Shown here: positions 11,618 to 20,749 of the stretch, piece by piece
Layout: each line of letters starts with the position of its first letter
How positions within the stretch are numbered: the stretch's first letter is position 1
Origin: an uncultured Phycisphaerales bacterium
Lineage (GTDB): Bacteria > Planctomycetota > Phycisphaerae > Tepidisphaerales > Tepidisphaeraceae
Direction: 5' to 3'
DNA length: 64,000 bases
Assembly (NCBI GenBank): GCA_963755915.1
Contig: CAVWLP010000002.1
Location: forward strand, 2,912,001 to 2,976,000
Notes under the pieces: model-generated
The model's database searches: none
Told to the model about the DNA's origin: nothing
Seen by the model: only the letters and a program-made list of their open reading frames with translations
Made by a program: the position numbers and the translations under genes

Positions 11618-12364
11618 TCACGCCATCCCCGCATCCCTCCCCACCATCATCTCATACGCCCCATCCACCATCTCCAGAATCCTCTTGAGCAACCTTGGCT
11701 CATCCTTCATCAACGTCGAGTCCACCGCCGAGTCGAACATCACCCGCGGCAACCCCGCGCGACCCAAATGATATTGCAACAGCAGCCGATTCAGAATCCC
11801 GTTGAAGCTCGGCACCAGCGGCTCGGCGTTGAGCTGCGCATGCACATGCGCGATCTCCGTAATCGCCGGCTGAAGCCGGAAGCGCGGTGAGTTGATCCGC
11901 CTCACCACGTTTTCCAGCCGAAGCAGGTTGCTCTCATCGAGAGCCGCCAGCGACAGGCCGCAACTGATCGACGTATACCACCGCAGCACGGTTTGCGAAG
12001 TTAGGGTCGCCCCCGCGCGCAGGGAGGATTCGATCCGGCGAAGGATTGCCACATGGTTTCGAATCCTCTGCGCCGTGCGCGATCGAAACCCCCTCGCCGA
12101 CCATCCGTGCGAGATCGCCGCCGTGATTTCGTCCTGATCGAGGCTGATCCCTTCAAGCTGAAAGCTGCTGAGCGTATTAACGGCGAAATATTCCGCCGGC
12201 AGGTTCGCCGGCTTGGGCGAATTCGCCCGCGCGGCCATCCGGCGTTTGCGCTGGATCACCCGCAGCCAGCGCGGCCAGTCAATTCGAATTCCCACCTTCC
12301 CGATCCGCAAAGACCGGGAGTGACCATTCCCATGATTGGGATGCAAATGCTCGGAACCGCTCAC
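11618..12364 (-). CDS. Fic-fold protein with degenerate catalytic motif
   Basis: SSFQLEGISL resembles the Fic SxxIEG helix; HAQLNAEPLVPSFNGILNRLLLQYHLGRAGLP aligns to HPFxDGNGRxxRLL..L...G.P but lacks the motif His and Arg. Confidence 0.65.
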   Translation of the reverse strand: MSGSEHLHPNHGNGHSRSLRIGKVGIRIDWPRWLRVIQRKRRMAARANSPKPANLPAEYFAVNTLSSFQLEGISLDQDEITAAISHGWSARGFRSRTAQRIRNHVAILRRIESSLRAGATLTSQTVLRWYTSISCGLSLAALDESNLLRLENVVRRINSPRFRLQPAITEIAHVHAQLNAEPLVPSFNGILNRLLLQYHLGRAGLPRVMFDSAVDSTLMKDEPRLLKRILEMVDGAYEMMVGRDAGMA

Positions 12365-12421
12365 GAATGACCCCGGTTCTTTCCCGCCCCTGAAACTGCC
12401 CCCAAATCCAAGAATGCCCGT

Positions 12422-12760
12422 TCACAACGCCTGTTCGTTGGTCTCACCCGTTCGGATGCGAACCACCTGTGCGACCGGATAGACGAATATCTTTCCATCA
12501 CCAACTTCCCCGGACCTGGCCGCCTCGACGATGGCATTGACGGCCTTTTCGCTTTCATCTTCTTTGACGCAAACCTTGATGAGCACCTTGGGGACAAATC
12601 CGACGTCCATCCTCGCGCCGCGATAGCGCTCGGTGTGTCCCATCTGCCGGCCGAAGCCTTTGCATTCGATGGCGGTGACGCCCAGAATTCCGATTTTCGC
12701 CAGGCCCTGCTTAACCGCGTCGATCTTGTGCGGCTTAATAACGGCTTCGATCATTTGCAT
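12422..12760 (-). CDS. glnB: Nitrogen regulatory protein P-II
   Basis: 112 aa; GFGRQMGHTERYRG, SGEVGDGKIFV, VVRIRTGE. glnB versus glnK not resolvable (no amtB adjacent). Confidence 0.93.
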   Translation of the reverse strand: MQMIEAVIKPHKIDAVKQGLAKIGILGVTAIECKGFGRQMGHTERYRGARMDVGFVPKVLIKVCVKEDESEKAVNAIVEAARSGEVGDGKIFVYPVAQVVRIRTGETNEQAL

Positions 12761-12894
12761 AGGGGTTCCTTGCAGCAAACTTCCAGCAGGCAGTCACGCG
12801 AAAAAGCGCGCACTGCCGACTCGGCCGGAAGTTTACCCGGAACGCCGATGCGCAACCACTAAATGGGGCGTCACGATTCGAAAACAGGGTGCGA

Positions 12895-12925
12895 AAGCGC
12901 TCCCCTTCGGGTCGCGGCTAAACGG
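12895..12925. repeat. REP-like element, family C
   Basis: aagcgctccccttcgggtcgcggctaaacgg; 30/31 identical to the reverse complement of 60755-60785. Confidence 0.8.
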
Positions 12926-13082
12926 CAGCCCTTGTGTGGCTGAATCGGGATTTCCCAGTTGACGTTCTTGGATACAATATTGATGCCAATTCGGATTTTA
13001 CGTAATAGGTGGGGATGCCCCGCCTAAAAACGATGCACCGCGCGCCACGCCCCCTGAAAATGCTTCCCATTTTGGCAGGATG

Positions 13083-13841
13083 CTACAGCTTCCCAAGCTG
13101 CATCACCGCCGCCCGGAAATCCTTGGGTGGGGGGGATTCGATGGTCATTTCGTTGCCGTTGGGATGCTGGAATCGTAGCCGATGCGCGTGCAGCGTCAGC
13201 CGCCCGATCAGCGGTCGCTCCGGATCCCGGCCGGAAGGGCGGTAGTCCGACTTAAACTGGCTCAAAAATAATCCCGGCGCATCGCCGGGTTTTGACGGGT
13301 TGTAGAGGGTATCGATCGCCAGTGGCAGGCCGATCGATTTTAAATGTACGCGGATCTGATGCGTCCGGCCGGTCCTGGGAAAGCATCTCAACAGCGTGAA
13401 TCGCCGCATCCGCTGCTCGACCTTCCAGTTCGTCCGCGCCGGCCGGCCATGCTTGGAGACCGCCATTCGATCCCGGCTGGAGGAATGCAGCGCCAGCGCG
13501 GCGTCGATCTGCCCTTCGTCCGCCGGTGGTTTGCCCCAGACCAGGGCCAGATACTCTTTCTCGACCCGGTTGTTCTGGAACTGCTCAGAGATTCGCCGCT
13601 GGGCGTCGATGTCCTTCGCGAAAAGCAGGACGCCGCTGGTCTCCTTGTCGAGCCGATGGACGACCCGCAGCCGGGGATCGGCCGTTCCGGTGCAGGGAAT
13701 GCCGATCTGCCGCGAGAGCATCTGAAGCACGCTGTCGATTTCACCGCGGCCGGGGATGGTGGCAAGATAGGGCGGCTTCGCAACCGCGATAATCCGCTCA
13801 TCTTCCGCCAGAACAACAAGTTCGCTCGATTTGATACTCAA
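13083..13841 (-). CDS. RluA-family RNA pseudouridine synthase
   Basis: VHRLDKETSGVLL, KEYLALV, TGRTHQIRVHL, LHAHRLRFQHP. Confidence 0.93.
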   Translation of the reverse strand: MSIKSSELVVLAEDERIIAVAKPPYLATIPGRGEIDSVLQMLSRQIGIPCTGTADPRLRVVHRLDKETSGVLLFAKDIDAQRRISEQFQNNRVEKEYLALVWGKPPADEGQIDAALALHSSSRDRMAVSKHGRPARTNWKVEQRMRRFTLLRCFPRTGRTHQIRVHLKSIGLPLAIDTLYNPSKPGDAPGLFLSQFKSDYRPSGRDPERPLIGRLTLHAHRLRFQHPNGNEMTIESPPPKDFRAAVMQLGKL

Positions 13842-13915
13842 AACTCCGGTTGACGCTCTATTCCAGGGGTTCTACTATGACGGCAGCATCGGGTGAACAT
13901 CAAGGAGTATAGCGA

Positions 13916-14674
13916 TTGCGATTACTGATAGCCGTCCCGGTCTTCAATGAGCTGAAGTACGTCGGCCGGGTGCTGGACAAAATACACACCTTCTGGCCCG
14001 ATGTCCTCGTCGTCGACGACGGCAGCACCGACGGCACCGGAGAACTCCTGGCCGCCCGAACCGATATCCGCCTCATCCGCAGGTCCGATAACCGCGGATA
14101 TGGCCAAAGCCTCATCGACGCCTTCGATTTCGCCGACGGGGCCGGCTATGACTGGGTCATCACCATGGACTGCGACGAGCAGCATGAGCCGGAGACCATC
14201 CCCGATTTCATCCGCGAGATCGAGACCGACCGCTGGGACCTGATCAGCGGCTCGCGCTACCTCCGCCCGCGGGGGGATGACGATCTCCCGCCAACCGAAC
14301 GCCGCGCGGTGAACACGACCATCACGACCATTGTCAACGATCTGTTCCATCTCGGCCTCACCGACGCGTTCTGTGGGTTTAAAGCCCACCGAGTTTCGGC
14401 CATGCGGCGGCTTCGCCTCGATGAGCCGGGCTATGCGTTTCCCCTTCAGCTTTGGCCGCAGGTGGCGGCCGCAAAGCTGCGGGTGACAGAAATCCCCGTC
14501 CGCCTCATCTACAACGACCCTAGCCGGCACTTTGGCGGCAACCTCGACGACGTCGGCCATCGCCTGCGGCATTATCTTGATGTCCTCACGCGCGAAGTGG
14601 ATCGTCTGGCGATCAATCCTCTGCCCCCGCCGGTCCAGCGCGAGGCCGAGCAGTCCTGCTGTTGTTGCGAATAA
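13916..14674 (+). CDS. GT2 glycosyltransferase (DPM1-like) with C-terminal CCCC
   Basis: PVFNE, VVDDGSTDGT, NRGYG, ITMDCDEQH, GSRY, TDAFCGFKA; ends SCCCCE; AGGAG upstream of TTG start. Confidence 0.9.
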   Translation: MRLLIAVPVFNELKYVGRVLDKIHTFWPDVLVVDDGSTDGTGELLAARTDIRLIRRSDNRGYGQSLIDAFDFADGAGYDWVITMDCDEQHEPETIPDFIREIETDRWDLISGSRYLRPRGDDDLPPTERRAVNTTITTIVNDLFHLGLTDAFCGFKAHRVSAMRRLRLDEPGYAFPLQLWPQVAAAKLRVTEIPVRLIYNDPSRHFGGNLDDVGHRLRHYLDVLTREVDRLAINPLPPPVQREAEQSCCCCE

Positions 14675-14686
14675 TCATCGATCCAC

Positions 14687-16171
14687 ATGATCCAGGAATT
14701 CTCCGCGTATCCCGACTGGAAAGCGCCGGCCGAGGACTCGGCCATGGTCATCTGGCCCGAGCCGTCGAGAATTCTTTCCGAGACCCTTGAAAATCATCAG
14801 CGATTGTCCGCCTGGGATTCGCCGCTGGGAGAGCTTCGCCGCCGCCAGCGGGAAATGCTTCGGCTCAGCGAAGACCGCCCGGTGATTGCCAGCGGGCATC
14901 AGACCGAATTATTTCACCCCGGTGTCTGGGCCAAGCTGGCGATGCTGGACGCCGCGGCCCGGCCGCTCGATGCGGATTGCCTCTTCGCGGCCGTCGATAC
15001 GGATGCCCCGAAGCACCTGCAATTTCGCTGGCCGGGGCAATCGATGCCGATCACCGATGATCCGCGATTGGCCGGCGCCCAGTGGTGCGGCCTGCTGGAA
15101 GGGCCATCGACGGGGCACATCGAGCGAATCCGCAATGCCTTTCGCGCCACCGCCGAGCGCTGGTCGTTCGCCTCAATGGCGGGCGATTTTCTGGACGATC
15201 TCGCCGAACAATCCTCGCGAAAATCGACGTTATCCGCGGACCTGACGGCGGCGATGTACCGCCTCGACTGGAACCTGGGGCTGAGGCATCAATCGATCGT
15301 CGTTTTGGGGCTTTGGAGCAATGAGCCCTATCTGGCCTTCGTCTGTCACCTCCTCGGAAATGCCGATTCTTTTGCCGAGGCCTACAACCGGGCACTGGAT
15401 GAATATCGCCTGGCGCATGGAATCGACAACCCCGGCCGGCCGATGCCCGACCTCTGCTGGAAAGAGGGCAAATGCGAAGTGCCGTTCTGGCTGGACGATC
15501 TTTCCGGACAGAAGCGCTCCCGGGCGTGCGTGCAGGAAGATGGGCATGATTGGCGGTTGAATGCCGCCGGCGATTCGATTGCCTTCAGCTCCGATTTTGA
15601 TTCCGCCGCTGCGGGGCGGCTTCACGAATTTCTCCAAAGGCACAACCTTCGCCTTTCCCCCCGCGCGCTGACGCTGACGATGTTCCTCCGCCTGATGGTT
15701 GTCGATCAGTTCGTCCACGGAATCGGCGGCGGAAGATACGAACAGGTGAACGATCGCGTGATCCACGCATTTTTCGGTATCGATCCGCCCGCGTTCTCTG
15801 TAACAACCGCCACCCTCTATTTCCCCGCAGCAGTAGGGCGGCAGCGCGTCTGTTTACCCTGCCTGGCCCACGAGGGGCATCGCCTTCGCCATGCCGTCAT
15901 GGGGGACGACAAGATGCAGCTCGTTCGGCAGATTGCCCAGGCTCCGCGGCGCTCCCTGCAGCGGCAGCAGATCTTCAGCCAGATGCATTCCCGCCGGGCC
16001 ACGGCCGTTCAGATCGACCCCAGCGTCCACAAATGGCAGCAGCGATTGGCCGAAGCCGTGCGAAGGAATGCCGACGAGCAGGGGATGTTCGATCGCGAGC
16101 TTTTCTACGGAATCCAGCCCAAAAACCGCCTTGAAGGCCTGATTCAGCGCTACCAGCAGCAATTCATTTGA
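14687..16171 (+). CDS. Hypothetical protein, remote BshC-like
   Basis: VIASGHQTELFHPGVWAK, LSPRAL, FVHGIGGGRY and a C-terminal coiled coil ending DRE resemble the BshC layout (TGQQ..., SP...LRP, GGPGE, QER); by eye only. Confidence 0.55.
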   Translation: MIQEFSAYPDWKAPAEDSAMVIWPEPSRILSETLENHQRLSAWDSPLGELRRRQREMLRLSEDRPVIASGHQTELFHPGVWAKLAMLDAAARPLDADCLFAAVDTDAPKHLQFRWPGQSMPITDDPRLAGAQWCGLLEGPSTGHIERIRNAFRATAERWSFASMAGDFLDDLAEQSSRKSTLSADLTAAMYRLDWNLGLRHQSIVVLGLWSNEPYLAFVCHLLGNADSFAEAYNRALDEYRLAHGIDNPGRPMPDLCWKEGKCEVPFWLDDLSGQKRSRACVQEDGHDWRLNAAGDSIAFSSDFDSAAAGRLHEFLQRHNLRLSPRALTLTMFLRLMVVDQFVHGIGGGRYEQVNDRVIHAFFGIDPPAFSVTTATLYFPAAVGRQRVCLPCLAHEGHRLRHAVMGDDKMQLVRQIAQAPRRSLQRQQIFSQMHSRRATAVQIDPSVHKWQQRLAEAVRRNADEQGMFDRELFYGIQPKNRLEGLIQRYQQQFI

Positions 16172-16224
16172 TTTTCCGAACCGCCCCTTGCCTGAAAAAT
16201 CCGTTCCGCTAGTCTACCGGAAGG

Positions 16225-16310
16225 TCTCACGCAGAGGCGCAAAGGCGCAGAGATTTAAAAGGTCAATGCATTGCCCTTGTCTTCTCTGCGCCTTCCGCCT
16301 CTGCGTGAGA
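16225..16310. repeat. Long intergenic inverted repeat (CACGCAGAGGCGC type)
   Basis: tctcacgcagaggcgcaaaggcgcagaga (16225-16253) pairs with tctctgcgccttccgcctctgcgtgaga (16283-16310). Confidence 0.75.
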
Positions 16311-16343
16311 CATTTATTTCTTCAGCAAAAAGGAGCAGATTGA

Positions 16344-17503
16344 ATGTCGCTGGTCGCGCCGCATGGGGGAAGCTTGTAAATCGAATCGTCGAGGGGTCCG
16401 CCGCCGCAGCGCTGTCGAAAGAGGCGGCCGCGCTGCCATCGCTGGTGCTTTCGCCGCGCGAGCAGTTCGACCTGGAAATGATCTCCATTGGCGCGTTTTC
16501 GCCGCTGACGGGCTTTCAGGGCAAGGCGGATTTCGAATCCGTGTGCAAGAACCTGCGGCTCGCCAACGGCACCGTCTGGCCGATTCCAGTCGTCCTCTGC
16601 CCCGCAAACGACCAGGCGGAAAAAATCCAGGTCGGACAGCGAATCGCCCTCAAGGATTCCCAGGGCCGACTCCTGGCCGTGATGAAGGTCGACGAAAAAT
16701 ACCGGCACGATAAAGAGCTGGAGATTCCCAACGTCTATAAAACCCAGGAAGACGCCCATCCCGGCGTGGCCCTGGTCCGCAAGCAGGGGGATTTCTGCCT
16801 CGGTGGGGCGGTCGACATTATCCAGGCGAATTACGAGCCGGAGTTCCCCGAATACCGCCTCCCCCCCGCAAAGACGCGCGAAGCCTTCGCATCGCGCGGC
16901 TGGAGCACGGTCGCTGCTTTCCAGACCCGCAATCCCATCCACCGCTCCCACGAATATCTCACCAAGTGCGCCCTGGAAATGACCGATGGCCTGCTCATTC
17001 ATCCCCTCGTCGGCGAAACCAAGTCGGACGACATCCCCGCTAACGTCAGAATGGAGTGCTACAAAACTCTCATTGATGGGTATTACAACAAAGAGCGGAC
17101 GATGCTGACGGTCATGCCCCTGGCCATGCGTTATGCCGGGCCCCGGGAAGCCATTTTGCACGCGATTATCCGCAAGAATTACGGCTGCACCCATTTCATC
17201 GTCGGCCGCGATCACGCCGGCGTGGGGAATTATTACGGCACCTACGACGCCCAGAAGATCTTCGACCAGTTCGACATTCCCCGCGATATCGGCGTAACGA
17301 TCCTGAAGTTCGAGCACACCGCCTGGTGCAAAGCCTGTGCGGCCGTGGTCTCGGTGAAAACCTGCCCGCACGGTCCGGACCAGAAGGTGGCTCCCAGCGG
17401 AACCAAGGTAAGGGAACTGCTCCGTGCCGGGCAGCGGCCGCCCAATGAGTTCAGCCGGCCGGAAGTCGCCGACATTCTCATCAAGTGGGCGCAGTCCGTC
17501 TGA
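16344..17503 (+). CDS. sat: Sulfate adenylyltransferase; N-terminal indel in G-run near 16366
   Basis: AGGAG then ATG 16344 gives MSLVAPHGG(K)LVNR; GAFSPLTGF, AFQTRNPIHRSHEY, MRYAGPREA, NYGCTHFIVGRDHAG. Confidence 0.95.
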
Positions 17504-17607
17504 GCGGAATGATTCGGCGGAAATTTTTGGAGGAGGGGCGGGACGCGCCATTGCATCGCGTGGTTGAACTCGCTAGGCTCTGGCTTTCGTAGCTCACATT
17601 TAAAAAT

Positions 17608-18009
17608 ATGAATCGACTCCCCGACCCAGAAGTCCCGGGCGGCAACGGCCCGTCCGTACCTCAGCCGTCCGTGCCTCAGCCATCCGCGCCGCAAGCGCAT
17701 GCCGGATGCGCCCGTCCCGTTGTCAGCGTCGAGCGCGACCGCCGCCGCGAAAACCGCAAGCCCGTGCAGGGCAAAGCGACCCTCACCGTTCTCGACGGCG
17801 CCAACGCCGGCGCAGCCTTTGAAATCATGACCCGCGACCTCTCCTTCAGCGGCATCTCCTTTCTCCTCCGCGAATCGCTCGCCGTCGGGCAAACCTGCAA
17901 GATCGAAATCACCGGCAACGGCCCGACACAGAGAAAAATCTGCGAGGTCGTCCGCTCCCGCCCCCTCAGCAACGGCAAGTTTGAAATGGCCGTAAAAATC
18001 AGGGATTAA
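17608..18009 (+). CDS. PilZ domain protein
   Basis: RRENR (RxxxR) and DLSFSG (DxSxxG); PSVPQ-type 15-bp repeats in the N-terminus. Confidence 0.8.
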   Translation: MNRLPDPEVPGGNGPSVPQPSVPQPSAPQAHAGCARPVVSVERDRRRENRKPVQGKATLTVLDGANAGAAFEIMTRDLSFSGISFLLRESLAVGQTCKIEITGNGPTQRKICEVVRSRPLSNGKFEMAVKIRD

Positions 18010-18101
18010 TTGATCGTCCGCCGCCGGGGGAGCTTTAATCCCCTATTCCCTTCCGATACAATAGCGCCGCGCTCACACAGTCCCTTTGGGAGATAAATTT
18101 C

Positions 18102-18551
18102 GTGGCCCAGGCCGACATTGACATTGCCGATGAAAAAATGCTCCCCCGCGCGGTCGAGCTTTACAACGCCATTTTCCGCCCCAAGCGCGAGGTCGATTTC
18201 TTCAAACGCCGCTTCATGGGCCGGTACAACACCCTGACCCTGATCGCCCGCATGGACAACAAGCCGGTCGGCTTCTGGATCGGCTTTGAGCTTAAGCCGG
18301 GGATGTTTTACCAGTGGCTCGGGGCAGTATTGCCGGATGTTCGCCGGCAGGGGGTCGGCCGGCAGCTTCAGGAAGCCCAGCAGGCCTGGTCGAAGGATCA
18401 CGGATACGAGTACATCCGCTGCGAATGCATGAACCATCAGCGCGAGTTCATCCATTTCGCGATTGCGATGGGGTATGACATCGTCGGAATTCGCTGGGAT
18501 TCAACCCACGCCGACAATCTAATTGTCTTTGAGAAGAACCTGCTGGAGTGA
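18102..18551 (+). CDS. GNAT family acetyltransferase
   Basis: AVLPDVRRQGVGRQL acetyl-CoA-binding motif; 149 aa. Confidence 0.85.
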   Translation: MAQADIDIADEKMLPRAVELYNAIFRPKREVDFFKRRFMGRYNTLTLIARMDNKPVGFWIGFELKPGMFYQWLGAVLPDVRRQGVGRQLQEAQQAWSKDHGYEYIRCECMNHQREFIHFAIAMGYDIVGIRWDSTHADNLIVFEKNLLE

Positions 18552-18914
18552 GCCGTTGACCGGGGTGGCTTTGACGGTATGGCTTGGCACTTCCAACGCC
18601 GGCCAATATTTCCGGTCGGCCTGGGCCTGCAAATCGCTGCTCCATCCGACGACCCAAACCGTACCAATGACCAGACTGGTTACTATTGGAAACAGCAAAC
18701 GATGAAATGCGTCGTACAACATTACCAAACTTCTACCTATCACTAATACGTTCTTAGCGCTTCGTTATTGTGATATTAATAAAAAATATCGGCAAAAACC
18801 TTATCCGCTGCGAAAAAATCGCGATTTTTTTTGTCCCGGACGTGATATTCGAGCACCTCCCCACGCTCCGGAGCTAAGTATCCTGATAGATCGTCGGTTA
18901 AATCAGGGCTCCAC

Positions 18915-19772
18915 ATGACCTCGGACGCGTTCAATCAATGGCTCATGACGCTGGTGCGACCTCCGCTGGTCATGGGGATCATTAACCTCACCCCCGACAG
19001 CTTCAGCGACGGTGGCCGCGTCGCCGGTCCCGAAGCAGCCGCCGCCTATGCCCAGAAGCTTGTACAGGCAGGAGCCGATTGGCTCGATGTTGGCGGCGAA
19101 TCCACCCGCCCCGGCGCCCTCCCCGTCACGCCCGCAGAGCAGATTCGCCGCACCATCACAGCCATTGCTGAAATCCGCCGTCAGACCGCCACCCTGATCT
19201 CCATTGATACCACCCGCTCCGAAGTCGCCCGCGCGGCCCTCGACGCCGGGGCCAACGTAGTCAACGACATTTCCGCCGGCCGCGACGACCCGGCAATGTT
19301 CCCCCTCGTCGCCGAGCGCCGGGTCCCCATCATCCTCATGCACATGCAGGGAACACCCCAGACCATGCATCTTTCCCCGGTTTATGCGGACGTAACCGCC
19401 GAGGTCAGCGCCTTCCTCACCGATCGTCGCGATCAGGCCGCCGCGGCGGGGGTGAGCCCGGACAAAATCCTCTTCGACCCCGGCATCGGCTTCGGAAAAA
19501 ACGCCCCGTACGATCTTCAGCTTATCCGCGACACGTCGGCCCTGGCCGCCCTCGGCCGCCCGCTGGTTGTCGGACCAAGCCGAAAGCGCTTCATCGGCCA
19601 TATCACCGGTGAAGAACGTCCCGACCAGCGCGTCTTCGGCACCGCTGCCGTCGTCGCCTGGTGCGCCGCTAACGGCGCGGCCGTTGTCCGTGTCCATGAT
19701 GTGGGTCCGATTTCGCAGGTCGTGCGGGTCATTCAGGCCATCATCTCTCAAAAAAAGGAGAGAATTTCTTAA
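18915..19772 (+). CDS. folP: Dihydropteroate synthase
   Basis: MGIINLTPDSFSDGG, DVGGESTRPG, SIDT, DPGIGFGK, SRKRF, VRVHDV. Confidence 0.96.
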   Translation: MTSDAFNQWLMTLVRPPLVMGIINLTPDSFSDGGRVAGPEAAAAYAQKLVQAGADWLDVGGESTRPGALPVTPAEQIRRTITAIAEIRRQTATLISIDTTRSEVARAALDAGANVVNDISAGRDDPAMFPLVAERRVPIILMHMQGTPQTMHLSPVYADVTAEVSAFLTDRRDQAAAAGVSPDKILFDPGIGFGKNAPYDLQLIRDTSALAALGRPLVVGPSRKRFIGHITGEERPDQRVFGTAAVVAWCAANGAAVVRVHDVGPISQVVRVIQAIISQKKERIS

Positions 19773-19907
19773 GGATGTTTGCCCCGCCGCCCGTTTCTTT
19801 AATATAGTCCTCAGAGGCCGTTGGAATCCGGCCCAGCCGGGGGGTGCAGGCGAGCTTCACCTGGCCCCTGAACTCCTGGCCCCTGAACTCGGCGCTGAAA
19901 GCATTTC

Positions 19908-20744
19908 ATGTTCGACTGGCTCCTCGTCAACCTCGCAAACTTCTACCACGCCGTCCTGGCAATGGGGTGGTGGCGGGTCATCATCGAGCTTTTGCTGATC
20001 GGCATCGTCGTCTTCTGGGTCATCCGTTTCCTTCAGGGAACGCGCGGCGCCCGAATGCTCAAGGGGATCGCCGTCGTCCTCATCACCCTGCACCTGCTGG
20101 TGACCTTCGTCGGCGAGGCCGCCCGGCTCGACCGCCTCGTCTTCCTCTACGAGAAATTCCTGCTTTTTGCTTCGTTCGCCCTCGCCGTCGTCTTCCAGCC
20201 CGAGCTTCGCCGCGGGCTGATGCGGCTGGGCGAAACGCGCCTCTTCCGCGGCTTCAGCGACGTCATCACCCAGGACATCGAGCAACTCGTCGAATCCGCC
20301 GTCTTTCTGTCGCGGCGAAAAATCGGCGGTCTCGTGGCCATCGAGCGCGAAGTCGGCCTCGGCGGAATCGCCGAAACCGGCACCCGCATCAATGCCGATC
20401 TCTCGGCCGATCTTCTGGACACGATCTTCTGGCCCAATTCCCCCCTGCACGATCTCGGCGTCGTCGTCAGCGGCGGCCGGATCGCCTATGCCGGCGTCCA
20501 GTTTCCCCTCGCTGAGAGCGGCGAGCTGGAGCGCGAGCTCGGCAGCCGCCATCGCGCCGCTGTCGGGCTCAGCCAGGAGAGCGATGCCGTCGTTATGGTC
20601 ATTTCGGAGGAGACCGGAGACATCAGCATTGCCGAAAGCGGCAAATTGATTCGAAAGCTTACTCCCGAAGCGTTGCATGGACTGTTGAACGATTTACTCG
20701 GGGCCGGCGGAGGCGAGCGATGGCGCCGCCATCTGTCGACTTAA
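19908..20744 (+). CDS. cdaA: Diadenylate cyclase CdaA/DacA
   Basis: Three TMs, VFQPELRRGL, SPLHDLG, LGSRHRAAVGLS, ISEETG. Confidence 0.92.
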   Translation: MFDWLLVNLANFYHAVLAMGWWRVIIELLLIGIVVFWVIRFLQGTRGARMLKGIAVVLITLHLLVTFVGEAARLDRLVFLYEKFLLFASFALAVVFQPELRRGLMRLGETRLFRGFSDVITQDIEQLVESAVFLSRRKIGGLVAIEREVGLGGIAETGTRINADLSADLLDTIFWPNSPLHDLGVVVSGGRIAYAGVQFPLAESGELERELGSRHRAAVGLSQESDAVVMVISEETGDISIAESGKLIRKLTPEALHGLLNDLLGAGGGERWRRHLST

Positions 20745-20749
20745 GCGCA

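Noticed and set aside
16271-16343. N-terminal extension of Sat given by the ORF track
   Set aside because: It runs through the hairpin repeat; AGGAG plus ATG 16344 gives the canonical PHGG N-terminus.
19860-19889. 15-bp tandem duplication upstream of cdaA as a regulatory element
   Set aside because: Only two copies and no recognisable riboswitch features; likely slippage.
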